Position numbers and translations under genes: made by a program | Source: Clostridia bacterium | GTDB taxonomy: Bacteria > Bacillota > Clostridia > Peptostreptococcales > Anaerovoracaceae | Assembly (NCBI GenBank): GCA_024403115.1 | Contig: JAKSSL010000003.1 | Coordinates: 8,031-72,030, forward strand | Direction of reading: 5' to 3' | Length of the DNA stretch: 64,000 bases | The notes under the pieces: model-generated | The model's input: only the letters and a program-made list of their open reading frames with translations | The model's database searches: none | What the model was told of the DNA's origin: nothing | Shown here: in pieces, positions 18,107-28,114 of the stretch | How positions within the stretch are numbered: position 1 is the first letter of the stretch | Layout of the letters: each line of letters begins with the position of its first letter

Positions 18107-20110
18107 ATGGGACGTAAAAAAATCAAGAAAACAAGTGAATATATCATGACCCAAAAGAGAATTAGAGCGGTATTTATTATTTTTGCCGTTCTAACTGTTT
18201 TGCTTTGTTTACGTTTGGCTAACATTCAAATCGTGGATTCTGACTACTACACTGAGCTTGCAATCAACCAACAAACAAAGGACGATTTAATCGAAGCAAA
18301 TAGAGGATCTATACTTGACAGAAATGGCAAAGAACTGGCTGTTTCGGCAACCAGCTATAATCTTTATGTGGATGTAAACACTTTAAGAAAAAACATTAAG
18401 TCATCTGAGGATGAAATGTATTACGACAAGCTGGTTAATAAGCTTAGCAAAATCCTTAAGATGAAGAAATCCACTATCAAAAAGACTATTGATAATAATC
18501 CTACTGGAGTTGTTTTGGCTAAGGGCCTTTCAAAAGCACAGAAGAACAAGGTCAGAAAGATAAAGGAAAACTCTATTACTTTCTCCGAGTCTAAGAAACG
18601 TTATTACCCTAACGGAAACTTCGCATCACAACTTTTGGGAAGCGTAACAGAGGACAATAACGGCAGAAGTGGTTTGGAATTGGAATATGACCAATATTTA
18701 AGCGGACTTCCAGGCAGATGGATTAAGAACACTGACAATAACGGAAGCGAACTTGATTCTGGAACTAAGGAATACTATGCAGCGGAGAATGGATCCAATT
18801 TAGTCCTAACTATAGACGAGGTAATTCAACACTATGTTGAAAACGCCATTAAGAAGGCTATGAAGACTACCGAATCCGACAAGATAATGGCTATTGCCAT
18901 GAATCCTGAAACTGCTGAAGTTCTTGCTATGGCAGCAACTCCTGGTTTTGATCCAAACAATGCAACAAAGCCTAGCGACGAAAAAGAATATAACAAATTC
19001 AAAAAGATGAGCAATAAGAAGCAATTGGATTATCTTTACAAGATGTGGAGAAATCCTTTGGTAAATGACACTTATGAGCCTGGTTCAACTTTCAAGCTTA
19101 TAACATCCTCATCTTCTCTAGAATCCGGTGTAGTTAATACTACTGAATCATTCTATTGCTCAAATCACATACAAGTAGGTGGCTATACTCTACACTGTGC
19201 AGAGAACAAGAGGCACGGTGACCAATTGCTTAGAGACGCAGTTGCCAATTCATGTAATACAGTCCATGTACAATTAGCATTGCGTTTGGGAGCTGAAAGA
19301 TTCTACGATTTCATATCAGCTTACGGTTTTACAAGCATAACAGGAATAGACTATCCTGGTGAGGTTTCAGCACAAATTCAAGATGAAGAAAACCTGAGCA
19401 AAGTTTCCCTAGCCACTATGGGCTTCGGTCAAGGTATTGCCGTAACACCAATTCAATTGATTACTGCAGTATGCGCAATCGGTAATGATGGAGTTATTAT
19501 GCAACCAAGACTGGTTAAGGCTTTACAGGACGAAGACGGAAACATAATCAAGGAATTCAAGCCTAAGAAATTACGCCGTGTCATTTCAGAGGAAACTGCC
19601 AGCGAAATGTGTAAGATCATGGCCTATGAAGTACAAACTGGTACTGGTAGAAAAGCGGCTGTAGCAGGATACCGTGTTGGAGGAAAGACAGGAACAGCAG
19701 ACCAAATTTCATCCGATGGTAGTTATGGTAAGAGACAATGCACATCCTTTATGTGTATGGCTCCAATGGATGATCCAAAGTTTGCTTTACTTGTAATTTG
19801 CGATAACCCTAAAGAAGGTAGCTTTGGTAGTACTACAGCGGTTCCAATTGCCAAAGAAATACTTGAAAACAGTTTAAAATACTTAGAAATAGAGCCTGTA
19901 TTCTCTTCAAATGAAAAGAAGGAGAATGAGGATTTAAATACAAAGGTGCCTAATATTACAGGTAAGGACCTTAAGAAAGCTAAGTCCATGATAGAGAAAA
20001 AGGACTTAAAATACATTGTAACTGGAGACAAGGATAAGGTTGTAGACCAGTATCCTAAGGCTGGAACAAAGGTTGCAAAGGACAGCACAGTTATAATTTA
20101 TACTGAATAG
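18107..20110 (+). CDS. Class B penicillin-binding protein (FtsI/PBP2B/SpoVD type) with one C-terminal PASTA domain
   Basis: N-terminal TM helix and dimerisation domain. Transpeptidase motifs STFK, SCN and KTGT. PASTA-like tail (VPNITGKDLKKAKSMIEKKDLKY..). Confidence 0.92.
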   Translation: MGRKKIKKTSEYIMTQKRIRAVFIIFAVLTVLLCLRLANIQIVDSDYYTELAINQQTKDDLIEANRGSILDRNGKELAVSATSYNLYVDVNTLRKNIKSSEDEMYYDKLVNKLSKILKMKKSTIKKTIDNNPTGVVLAKGLSKAQKNKVRKIKENSITFSESKKRYYPNGNFASQLLGSVTEDNNGRSGLELEYDQYLSGLPGRWIKNTDNNGSELDSGTKEYYAAENGSNLVLTIDEVIQHYVENAIKKAMKTTESDKIMAIAMNPETAEVLAMAATPGFDPNNATKPSDEKEYNKFKKMSNKKQLDYLYKMWRNPLVNDTYEPGSTFKLITSSSSLESGVVNTTESFYCSNHIQVGGYTLHCAENKRHGDQLLRDAVANSCNTVHVQLALRLGAERFYDFISAYGFTSITGIDYPGEVSAQIQDEENLSKVSLATMGFGQGIAVTPIQLITAVCAIGNDGVIMQPRLVKALQDEDGNIIKEFKPKKLRRVISEETASEMCKIMAYEVQTGTGRKAAVAGYRVGGKTGTADQISSDGSYGKRQCTSFMCMAPMDDPKFALLVICDNPKEGSFGSTTAVPIAKEILENSLKYLEIEPVFSSNEKKENEDLNTKVPNITGKDLKKAKSMIEKKDLKYIVTGDKDKVVDQYPKAGTKVAKDSTVIIYTE

Positions 20111-20119
20111 GAGAGCTAT

Positions 20120-21499
20120 ATGAGAGCAATAAGCTTTAATGAAATTGAAAAAGTTGTAAATGGAAAGCTTGTAGCAGGAGATGGAAATGCAATGGCAACA
20201 GGCATGAAACTTGATTCCAGACAAGTGGGCGAAGGAGATATATTCTTCCCCCTAATTGGAGCTAAGGTCAATGCCTACAAATTTATCCCCAATGTTATTG
20301 AACAAAATGCTGCAGGAATGATAATTGATGACATTTCATATTTGCCAGAAAACTGTCCTATTCCAACTATTTTAGTTGATAATGTTACTAAAGCTATGGA
20401 CCAGCTTGCCAAGTATTTAATGGATGAATTAGGTGGCCGCAGACTTATGGTTACAGGTTCAGTGGGCAAGACAAGTACTCGTGATATGTTAACTGCTATT
20501 GTAGCTAGCAAATACAAGGTTGAGTCCAACAAGGGCAATTTGAACAGCATTTGGGGTGTGCCTCTAAGCGTTGCAAAACTTCAAGCAGGCATGGATTTCT
20601 ATGTAATCGAAGCAGGCATGGAGTGGGCTGGAGAGATACACACAATTGCCGATATAGTTAGACCTGAAATGGCTTTAATAACAAATATAGGCATTTCCCA
20701 TATGGAACACTTAGGTTCCAGAGAAGGCATTTTAAAAGCAAAGCTGGAATGTACAGATTACTTCAACGAGGATTCTTGCTTAATTGTAAACGGCTCCTCC
20801 GATCTTTTGACTGAAGAAAATTGCAAGGGCAATTACAGATTAAAGCTTATCTACGGTGAAGCTGGCAAGGGCGAAACATATATTAAAGATGTTGAAGATT
20901 ATGGCACAAAGGGAATCAAATATACTTTGTGCGTAGATGGCAAAGAGGAAGATGTTAGATTAAACTTACCAGGGGCTCACAATGCTGAAAACAGTGCTTT
21001 GTGCATACTTGCAGGCTTAGAGCTTGGAATATCTGTGCCAGATGCTGTAAAAGCAATTAATGAGATGACAATAACAGGCCAAAGATTGGCTGAGAAAACA
21101 AATGGAAAGATAAGAGTAATCGATGACAGCTATAATGCAGCTCCAGCGTCCATGAAATCAGCTATTAATACTTTAATGTCAAGTGAGGGAAAGCGCAAAG
21201 TTGCGATCCTGGCAGACATGTATGAACTAGGTGAGGATAGCTACAAATATCATGTAGAAGTGGGCGAATATGCTGCATCAAAGAGAGTTGATTTACTAAT
21301 AGCTGTTGGAGAAGATGCTCAAGGATATGTTCACGGGGCTTCCAAACTTTTAAGCTTTGACAAGATTAAGTATTTTGAAACAAAAGCTGAGCTGGCAGAG
21401 GCTCTAGATGACTTGATACAAGATGGGGACCTAGTGCTTGTAAAAGGTTCTCGTGGCGTAGAAATGGAAACTATAGTAGCACAATTATTGGAGAAATAG
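20120..21499 (+). CDS. murF: UDP-N-acetylmuramoyl-tripeptide--D-alanyl-D-alanine ligase
   Basis: Mur ligase P-loop VTGSVGKTSTRDM, DDSYNA motif, three-domain length (459 aa), dcw position. Confidence 0.9.
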   Translation: MRAISFNEIEKVVNGKLVAGDGNAMATGMKLDSRQVGEGDIFFPLIGAKVNAYKFIPNVIEQNAAGMIIDDISYLPENCPIPTILVDNVTKAMDQLAKYLMDELGGRRLMVTGSVGKTSTRDMLTAIVASKYKVESNKGNLNSIWGVPLSVAKLQAGMDFYVIEAGMEWAGEIHTIADIVRPEMALITNIGISHMEHLGSREGILKAKLECTDYFNEDSCLIVNGSSDLLTEENCKGNYRLKLIYGEAGKGETYIKDVEDYGTKGIKYTLCVDGKEEDVRLNLPGAHNAENSALCILAGLELGISVPDAVKAINEMTITGQRLAEKTNGKIRVIDDSYNAAPASMKSAINTLMSSEGKRKVAILADMYELGEDSYKYHVEVGEYAASKRVDLLIAVGEDAQGYVHGASKLLSFDKIKYFETKAELAEALDDLIQDGDLVLVKGSRGVEMETIVAQLLEK

Positions 21500-21509
21500 G
21501 AGAATTACA

Positions 21510-22469
21510 ATGGAGATGAAAACATTACTAATAACACTTATTTTGGCCTTTGTATTAGGAGTAATATTCACAAGAATTGTAATTCCTACTATGAAAAAAT
21601 TACAGTTCCAACAATTCCAGAGAGAAGAAGGCCCTAAGTCACATATGCACAAACAGGGTACTCCTTCCATGGGTGGAATTGGAATATTGCTGGCCTGCAT
21701 AATTGCTTGCGCTATAGCAGGAGGTTTAAGTCTAAACGTATTAATAACAATACTATGTACTTTGGCCTTTGCTTTAGTAGGATTTCTTGATGATTATGCA
21801 AAAGCAGTAAAGAAACAAAATGAGGGTTTAAACCCTAAGCAAAAGATTATATTCCAATTTGTATTTGCTTTGGCTTTTGCCATATACATGGGATTAAGCC
21901 TTGGAACAGAGGTATGGATACCATTCTATGGCCAAGAAGTAGACTTTGGAATAATGTATTATCCTTTCATTGTCTTTGTTTTACTAGCTATGACTAACAG
22001 CGTAAACCTAACAGATGGAATGGATGGCTTGGCATCAGGAGTTACTTTCTTCGTTGCTTTGTTCTTCGTTTATACAGCAAACACTTTTGCTTTTCCTGAT
22101 GAAGGAATATATGCTATGGCTTTAGCCGGCGCTTGCCTTGGATTCTTGGTTTTCAATCACTATCCTGCAAAGATATTTATGGGAGACACAGGTTCCATGG
22201 GACTTGGAGCAGCTCTATCAGCTGTAGCTATTGCAATGAAAGCCGAGCTTTTATTACCAATCGTTGGCCTGATCTATGTGCTTGAAGCATGCTCAGTAAT
22301 CATTCAAGTGGCATATTTCAAGAAGACAGGCGGAAAGAGATTCTTTAGAATGGCTCCATTGCATCACCACTTCGAAGAAGGTGGCATGAAGGAGACAAAG
22401 GTAGTATTAATGTTTTGGGCTTTTGCCATCCTATGCTGCTTAATAGGTGTGGGAGTAATTAATATTTAG
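21510..22469 (+). CDS. mraY: Phospho-N-acetylmuramoyl-pentapeptide transferase
   Basis: Polytopic protein with the motifs DDY.K, NLTDG.DGLA and PLHHHFE. Confidence 0.95.
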   Translation: MEMKTLLITLILAFVLGVIFTRIVIPTMKKLQFQQFQREEGPKSHMHKQGTPSMGGIGILLACIIACAIAGGLSLNVLITILCTLAFALVGFLDDYAKAVKKQNEGLNPKQKIIFQFVFALAFAIYMGLSLGTEVWIPFYGQEVDFGIMYYPFIVFVLLAMTNSVNLTDGMDGLASGVTFFVALFFVYTANTFAFPDEGIYAMALAGACLGFLVFNHYPAKIFMGDTGSMGLGAALSAVAIAMKAELLLPIVGLIYVLEACSVIIQVAYFKKTGGKRFFRMAPLHHHFEEGGMKETKVVLMFWAFAILCCLIGVGVINI

Positions 22470-22484
22470 GAAGAAGATGATTAT

Positions 22485-23852
22485 TTGAATAATATTCAAA
22501 ATATAGAGGACAAGAAAGTTCTAGTAGTAGGACTTGGAAGATCAGGAGTTGCAGCTATTGAGGTTCTTAACAAGCTGGGGGCAAGGGTTTATGCCCAAGA
22601 TTCTAAGGAAAGAGAACTTCACGAGGAACAGCTGGTTCTATGGCTTGAAGGCCTTGGAATTCCATGCTATTTTGACTGCATACCTGATGATATGAACGAA
22701 TTTGATATGTTGGTTTTGAGCCCTGGAGTTAATCCTGAGCTGGACTTTATTCAGGATGCAAAAGCTAAGGGCGCAGAAATAGTAGGTGAACTTGAAATTG
22801 CCTATAGAATTTCAAGGGGCACTTTTATTGGCATTACAGGTACTAATGGCAAAACTACTACCACTACTTTAGTTGGAGAAATCTTCAAAGAGGCAAAGAA
22901 GAAAACTGAGGTTGTAGGAAACATCGGTGTTGCAGTTATTAGTTCTTCTGTGGAAAGCGATGTTGACACATACATGGTTACTGAATGCAGCAGCTTCCAG
23001 TTGGAAACTACAAAGTATTTCAAACCACATGTTTCGGCCATTTTGAACCTTACACCAGATCATTTAAACAGACACCATAGCTTTGAAAACTATGGCTTGG
23101 CAAAAGCTAAGATTTTTGCCAATGAAAACGAAAACGACTATTTAATCTTAAACTATGATGATAAGAATTGCTTTGCTTTAGGAGAAAATGCCAAGGCAAA
23201 AATTGTTCCTTTCTCTCGTAAGGAGAAGCTGGAATATGGTGCATTTCTTGAAGGAGACGACTTGGTACTAATCAATGACCAAGGGGAGAAGCTTCAAATT
23301 TGTCATAGGGAAGATATTAAAATAATAGGTAATCACAATTTGGAAAATGTACTGGCTGCAGCCGCTATTTCCTATTTTGCAGGAATTGATATGGACAGCA
23401 TCAGAAGAGCAATTTCCAAGTTTAAAGGGGTAGAACATAGAATAGAATACAGCGGAGAAGTGGAAGGCGTGCAATATTACAATGACTCTAAGGGCACTAA
23501 TGTAGACGCTGCTGTTACCGCTATAAATGCTATGGAAAAGCCTATAATTCTCCTTGCAGGTGGAGACGGTAAATCACAGGATTTCAAGCCTTTTGTAGAG
23601 GCTTTTGGAGATAAGGTAAAAGCCTTGGTAACTCTGGGCAGAGACGGCCATTTTATTGCTGAAGAAGCCATGAAGAATGGCTATACAAATATTCATCAAT
23701 GCAAGGATTTAGTGGAAGCAGTAAAATGTGCTCACCAGTTAGCAAGCGCAGGGGATGTTGTTCTATTTTCACCAGCTTGTGCAAGTTGGGATATGTACGA
23801 TAATTTCGAACAAAGAGGAAGACATTTTAAAGATTTAGTAAGTCATTTATAA
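22485..23852 (+). CDS. murD: UDP-N-acetylmuramoylalanine--D-glutamate ligase
   Basis: Rossmann N-terminus VVGLGRSG, P-loop ITGTNGKTTTT, and a MurD-type C-terminus. TTG start after AGGAAGAAG. Confidence 0.92.
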   Translation: MNNIQNIEDKKVLVVGLGRSGVAAIEVLNKLGARVYAQDSKERELHEEQLVLWLEGLGIPCYFDCIPDDMNEFDMLVLSPGVNPELDFIQDAKAKGAEIVGELEIAYRISRGTFIGITGTNGKTTTTTLVGEIFKEAKKKTEVVGNIGVAVISSSVESDVDTYMVTECSSFQLETTKYFKPHVSAILNLTPDHLNRHHSFENYGLAKAKIFANENENDYLILNYDDKNCFALGENAKAKIVPFSRKEKLEYGAFLEGDDLVLINDQGEKLQICHREDIKIIGNHNLENVLAAAAISYFAGIDMDSIRRAISKFKGVEHRIEYSGEVEGVQYYNDSKGTNVDAAVTAINAMEKPIILLAGGDGKSQDFKPFVEAFGDKVKALVTLGRDGHFIAEEAMKNGYTNIHQCKDLVEAVKCAHQLASAGDVVLFSPACASWDMYDNFEQRGRHFKDLVSHL

Positions 23853-24994
23853 TGAAGATAAAAAAGCCTAAATTAAAACTTAATATAGGTAAAACTGGGG
23901 ATTTTGCCCTTATTGTAACTGTCATATTGCTAAGCCTTTTTGGTATAGCAATGGTTTTTAGTGCCAGTTACTATAAGGCTTTAAACGATTTCGACAACGC
24001 CAGTTATTTTGCAATTAGACAGTGCTTTTGGGTAGCTGCTGGATATGTACTTATGTACATCTTTTCAAAAGCAAATTATCACGTATGGAAAAAGTTTTCC
24101 AAGGTGATTTACATAGTAGTAGTAATCCTTTTGGCACTTATATTTACACCACTTGGAGTTTCACAAAACGGTGCTACAAGATGGCTTTTGGTACCGGGAA
24201 CAGGCTTTACTATTATGCCTGGTGAGTTTGCAAAATTTGCGCTAATAGTGTGCGGTGCAACTTTCCTATCCGTGAAGAAGGATAGGATCAGGGACTTAAA
24301 GGATGGTTTAATCCCATATTTCCTATTAGCCATAGTTTTAGTTGCTTTAATTTGGGAACAACCTAACAAGTCCACTGCTTTAATCGTACTTGCAACTGCA
24401 GTGGGAATTGCTTTTGTAGCAGGACTAAAGAAGATATATCTTATTCTTGCAGCTGGTGGAGTTGCTTTAGGCTTAGTAATAATTGCTTTAAAAGGAGGCT
24501 ATGCGGCATCAAGAATCGCGGCATGGCTACACCCTGAAAACGATATTCAAGGGGAAGGCTGGCAGGTCGCTCAAGGCTTGTATGCCCTAGGTTCTGGCGG
24601 TTTATTTGGCCGTGGAATCGGTAACAGCGTACAGAAAACCCTTTACATGCCAGAGCCTCAAAACGACTTTATTTTAACAATTATCGGTGAAGAAATAGGC
24701 CTTATTGGACTTATGGTTTTATTATTAGTATTCCTATTCCTAATTTATAGAGGATTTATGATAGCTGCCAATGCGGAGGATCAATTGGGGACTCTATTGG
24801 CAAGCGGAATAACTGGTTTAATTGCAATACAATTGGTTTTAAATGTTTGCGTCGTAACAGCGTTAATACCAAATACTGGAGTTATGCTGCCATTTATCTC
24901 ATATGGAGGAAATGGTACCATGGTATTGCTTGCTTTAATGGGCATACTGGTTAATATTTCAAAACATCAAAAGGAGAATAGACTACAAGAATGA
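23852..24994 (+). CDS. ftsW: SEDS-family peptidoglycan glycosyltransferase FtsW/SpoVE
   Basis: Polytopic (predicted multi-pass) membrane protein with the FtsW/RodA signature (PEPQNDFI, SYGG). TAATG coupling to murD. Confidence 0.9.
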   Translation: MKIKKPKLKLNIGKTGDFALIVTVILLSLFGIAMVFSASYYKALNDFDNASYFAIRQCFWVAAGYVLMYIFSKANYHVWKKFSKVIYIVVVILLALIFTPLGVSQNGATRWLLVPGTGFTIMPGEFAKFALIVCGATFLSVKKDRIRDLKDGLIPYFLLAIVLVALIWEQPNKSTALIVLATAVGIAFVAGLKKIYLILAAGGVALGLVIIALKGGYAASRIAAWLHPENDIQGEGWQVAQGLYALGSGGLFGRGIGNSVQKTLYMPEPQNDFILTIIGEEIGLIGLMVLLLVFLFLIYRGFMIAANAEDQLGTLLASGITGLIAIQLVLNVCVVTALIPNTGVMLPFISYGGNGTMVLLALMGILVNISKHQKENRLQE

Positions 24995-26085
24995 ATGTCA
25001 TAGTTAGCGGTGGCGGCACAGGTGGCCACATCTACCCAGCAATAGCAATTGCAGACAAAGTAATGGAAATGGACGCTAATTCCAAGGTGTTATTCATTGG
25101 AAATCCTATTGGTTTAGAAGCTGAGCTTGTACCTAGAACAGGCTATGATTTTAAAATGGTTACAGCCAGATGGTTTGACAGAAGCAATCCGCTGGATGCT
25201 GTTAAAATGGTTTTCGCGGTAAAAAAAGGCACTAGGGAAGCCTTGAAAATCATGAAGGAATTCAAACCTGATATTGTAATTGGAACAGGCGGTTATGCTT
25301 GCGTGCCAGTGGTTAGAGCCGGCAAAAAATACGGTGCAAAGACCTTCATTCAAGAACAAAATGCATATCCAGGTATGGCAAACAAAACTCTTGGCATGAT
25401 AGTTGACAATATATTCCTAGGCTTTGAAGCTGGAAGAAAGTATTTCAAAAAGCAGGAAAAGTGTGTCTTTACAGGCAATCCTGTTAGAAAGGATTTCTTC
25501 CAACGTGATAAAAAGCAATGCAGAGCTGAGCTAGGATTTAGAGAGGACGATTTTATAGTATTTTCATTTGGCGGAAGCCAAGGCTCCCAGGCCATAAATG
25601 AGGTGTCTTACCAATTGATGAAGAAAATCAATGGCCAAAGTGATATGAGCATGATCTTTGGAACAGGCAATCAGTACTATGAAAATATTATGGCTGATAT
25701 TAAAGCTGAAAAGCTGGAACTTCAAGATAATATTGTAATCAAGGATTACATGAACGATATAGACAAGTATATGGCTTGTGCCGATCTTGTAATTGGAAGA
25801 TCAGGTGCTTTATCTGTGGCTGAAACATGCGCTTTAGGAAAAGCGGCCATATATATTCCGTCGCCTATGGTAACAGGAAACCATCAATTCTATAATGCAA
25901 AAGCGGTAGGCGACAAAGGCGGTGCAATGGTAATAGAGGAAAAGGATCTAAGCAGTGAACTTATTATTAACACTGTCTTTGATTTAAAAGCATCCCCTAC
26001 AAAACTTCAAGAAATGAGTGTGGCAAGCAGGAACGCATTACCTGACAATGCCACTGAAATAATATATTCATATTTTAAGAAATGA
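24991..26085 (+). CDS. murG: Undecaprenyl-PP-MurNAc-pentapeptide GlcNAc transferase
   Basis: GGGTGGHIYPA.A, and GRSGA.S..E in the C-terminal domain. Confidence 0.93.
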   Translation: MNVIVSGGGTGGHIYPAIAIADKVMEMDANSKVLFIGNPIGLEAELVPRTGYDFKMVTARWFDRSNPLDAVKMVFAVKKGTREALKIMKEFKPDIVIGTGGYACVPVVRAGKKYGAKTFIQEQNAYPGMANKTLGMIVDNIFLGFEAGRKYFKKQEKCVFTGNPVRKDFFQRDKKQCRAELGFREDDFIVFSFGGSQGSQAINEVSYQLMKKINGQSDMSMIFGTGNQYYENIMADIKAEKLELQDNIVIKDYMNDIDKYMACADLVIGRSGALSVAETCALGKAAIYIPSPMVTGNHQFYNAKAVGDKGGAMVIEEKDLSSELIINTVFDLKASPTKLQEMSVASRNALPDNATEIIYSYFKK

Positions 26086-26885
26086 GAAAAAAGAAAAGGG
26101 TAGAGCCAACTTATTATAGAAAAAAGGTTGGTTCTTACAATTTCGAAAAACATAAGAGGGAGAACAGGGCAAAAAGACGTAAAATCAACTACAAGAGAAG
26201 GATTTTAATCGTCTTACTTGTTATAGTTGCAGTGGTAGCATTTTTATGCTCGCCGTTTTTTAATGTTGATAAAATCCAAATTAAGGGAAACCACAAGTTT
26301 ACCGATGCAGAGATTATCCAAAAGGGTAAAATCGAAAAGGGACACAATATTTTCTGGGGTTCGGATAAGTCGGGCATCAAATCCAGATTGCTAGAAAATC
26401 CATATATTGGCGATGTAAATGTGAGCATGGATTTGCCTAAGACTTTGGAAGTCAAAGTGAACGAAAGAAAAGCCAAGTATTACTACAAGAAGGGCGGATA
26501 CATATTGCTGGATAAAAACGGCATTTGCCTTGAAATAGTCAAGGACGTACCTAAACTTCCACAAATATATGGTTTGACTCTGAGAAAATCTGATCTGGGT
26601 GTGAAATTACAGGTTGATGAAGAAAGAAATTACGACAAGATATTGAAGCTTCTTAATAAAACAAAGAAGTCCGATTTATTCTTCAAGAAAGTTAAGATAA
26701 GCAAGGGTACAGTTTATGCCAATATTTACGACAATTTATTGGTAAAAGGAAGCTTTAACCAGGTGAGCCAAGCCATGGATAATGGCAGTCTAAAACAGGT
26801 AATTTACAAGCTTCAACAGGAGGGAGTAAAGCGAGGAACAATTACTATAGAAAAAGAAAATTATTTGTCGTTTAATCCTTTATAA
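26082..26885 (+). CDS. ftsQ: Cell division protein FtsQ/DivIB
   Basis: Basic N-terminus, single TM helix, POTRA-like segment (I.I.GN...T..EI). Position between murG and ftsZ. Confidence 0.8.
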   Translation: MRKKKRVEPTYYRKKVGSYNFEKHKRENRAKRRKINYKRRILIVLLVIVAVVAFLCSPFFNVDKIQIKGNHKFTDAEIIQKGKIEKGHNIFWGSDKSGIKSRLLENPYIGDVNVSMDLPKTLEVKVNERKAKYYYKKGGYILLDKNGICLEIVKDVPKLPQIYGLTLRKSDLGVKLQVDEERNYDKILKLLNKTKKSDLFFKKVKISKGTVYANIYDNLLVKGSFNQVSQAMDNGSLKQVIYKLQQEGVKRGTITIEKENYLSFNPL

Positions 26886-26898
26886 TTCAAGGCTTTTG

Positions 26899-26907
26899 TG
26901 ATATAAT
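26899..26907 (+). promoter_or_regulatory. Extended -10 element (TGATATAAT) upstream of ftsZ
   Basis: TG-N-TATAAT at 26899-26907 in the 59-nt ftsQ-ftsZ spacer. No clear -35. Confidence 0.45.
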
Positions 26908-26944
26908 ATTTATCAAGTAAAATGTCACGGGAGGAACATGGGAA

Positions 26945-28078
26945 ATGTTGCAATTTGAAAGTAATGTAAGCAATGAGGCAATCATAAAAGTTGTAGGTGT
27001 TGGTGGCGGTGGATGTAATGCCATTAACCAAATGATCGACGCTGGTTTAGAAGGCGTAGAATTTATTGCCATTAATACAGATACACAAGCTTTAGGAAGA
27101 ACTAAGGCAGAGATAAAAATACAAATAGGAGACAAGCTAACTCGTGGATTAGGCGCAGGCAGTAACCCTGCAATAGGCCAACAATCTGCAGAAGAAAATA
27201 TTGAAGCTATCGTTTCCAATTTGGAAGGTGCAGATATGGTATTCATCACTGCCGGCATGGGTGGTGGTACAGGTACTGGTGCTGCTCCAGTTATTGCTAA
27301 AGCTTCAAAGGAAATGGGCATACTAACTGTTGGTGTTGTTACAAAGCCATTTAAGTTTGAAGGCCAAAAGAGAAAGAACCAAGCAGAACTTGGTATTGAA
27401 TATTTGAGAAAGTATGTTGATTCATTGGTAGTAATTCCAAATGAAAAGCTTTTGGAAACATGTGATGAGAGCACTTCATTCTTAGACGCATTCCGTATGG
27501 CCGACAATGTACTTCGTCAAGGTGTACAAGGTATTTCAGATTTGATTTCTGATTATGCTTTGGTAAACGTAGACTTTGCTGATGTTAAGTCAGTAATGAC
27601 TGACAGAGGTATTGCACATATGGGCGTTGGTGTTGGAAAGGGCGAAAACAGAGCTATGGATGCAGTTAATGCTGCAATCAAGAGCCCATTACTTGAGACT
27701 ACAATCACAGGGGCAAAGGCCGTTCTTCTATACATCTCAGGTGGCTACGATTTAACTATGTTCGAAGTTAATAAGGTTTCAACTTTAGTACAAGAACAAT
27801 TAGATGAAGATGCAATCATTATCTTCGGAGCTGCTGTTGATGCAGATTTGAGCGATCAAATTTCTATTACAGTAATTGCAACAGGATTTGCAGATATGCC
27901 TGGTATGGGTCTAGGTGGTGGCTCAGCTCGTATAAAAAAAGCTGAAGCTTCAGAACCGGAAATAACAGAAGTCAATGGAGTTAATGCTAGGGAAGTAAAC
28001 CTACAAGACATCATTCCAGAGGATGGAGAAAAAGAGGAAGAATCGAAATTCAAGATTCCTTCATTTTTAGAACATTAA
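26945..28078 (+). CDS. ftsZ: Cell division protein FtsZ
   Basis: Tubulin signature [11 protein letters not shown]-terminus [13 protein letters not shown], and the C-terminal peptide FKIPSFL. Confidence 0.97.
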   Translation: MLQFESNVSNEAIIKVVGVGGGGCNAINQMIDAGLEGVEFIAINTDTQALGRTKAEIKIQIGDKLTRGLGAGSNPAIGQQSAEENIEAIVSNLEGADMVFITAGMGGGTGTGAAPVIAKASKEMGILTVGVVTKPFKFEGQKRKNQAELGIEYLRKYVDSLVVIPNEKLLETCDESTSFLDAFRMADNVLRQGVQGISDLISDYALVNVDFADVKSVMTDRGIAHMGVGVGKGENRAMDAVNAAIKSPLLETTITGAKAVLLYISGGYDLTMFEVNKVSTLVQEQLDEDAIIIFGAAVDADLSDQISITVIATGFADMPGMGLGGGSARIKKAEASEPEITEVNGVNAREVNLQDIIPEDGEKEEESKFKIPSFLEH

Positions 28079-28084
28079 TCACTT

Positions 28085-28110
28085 AGCCGGTTATCAACCG
28101 GCTTTTCACA
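28085..28110 (+). terminator. Rho-independent terminator after ftsZ
   Basis: AGCCGGTT-ATC-AACCGGCT hairpin followed by TTTTCACATTTT. Confidence 0.7.
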
Positions 28111-28114
28111 TTTT

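Noticed and set aside
26887-27507. A 206-aa ORF on the minus strand, antisense to ftsZ.
   Set aside because: It lies entirely inside the confidently identified ftsZ gene. Its translation is low-complexity (Pro/Ser/Ala/Thr-rich), as expected for the reverse complement of a Gly/Ala/Val-rich gene. It has no RBS and no family resemblance.
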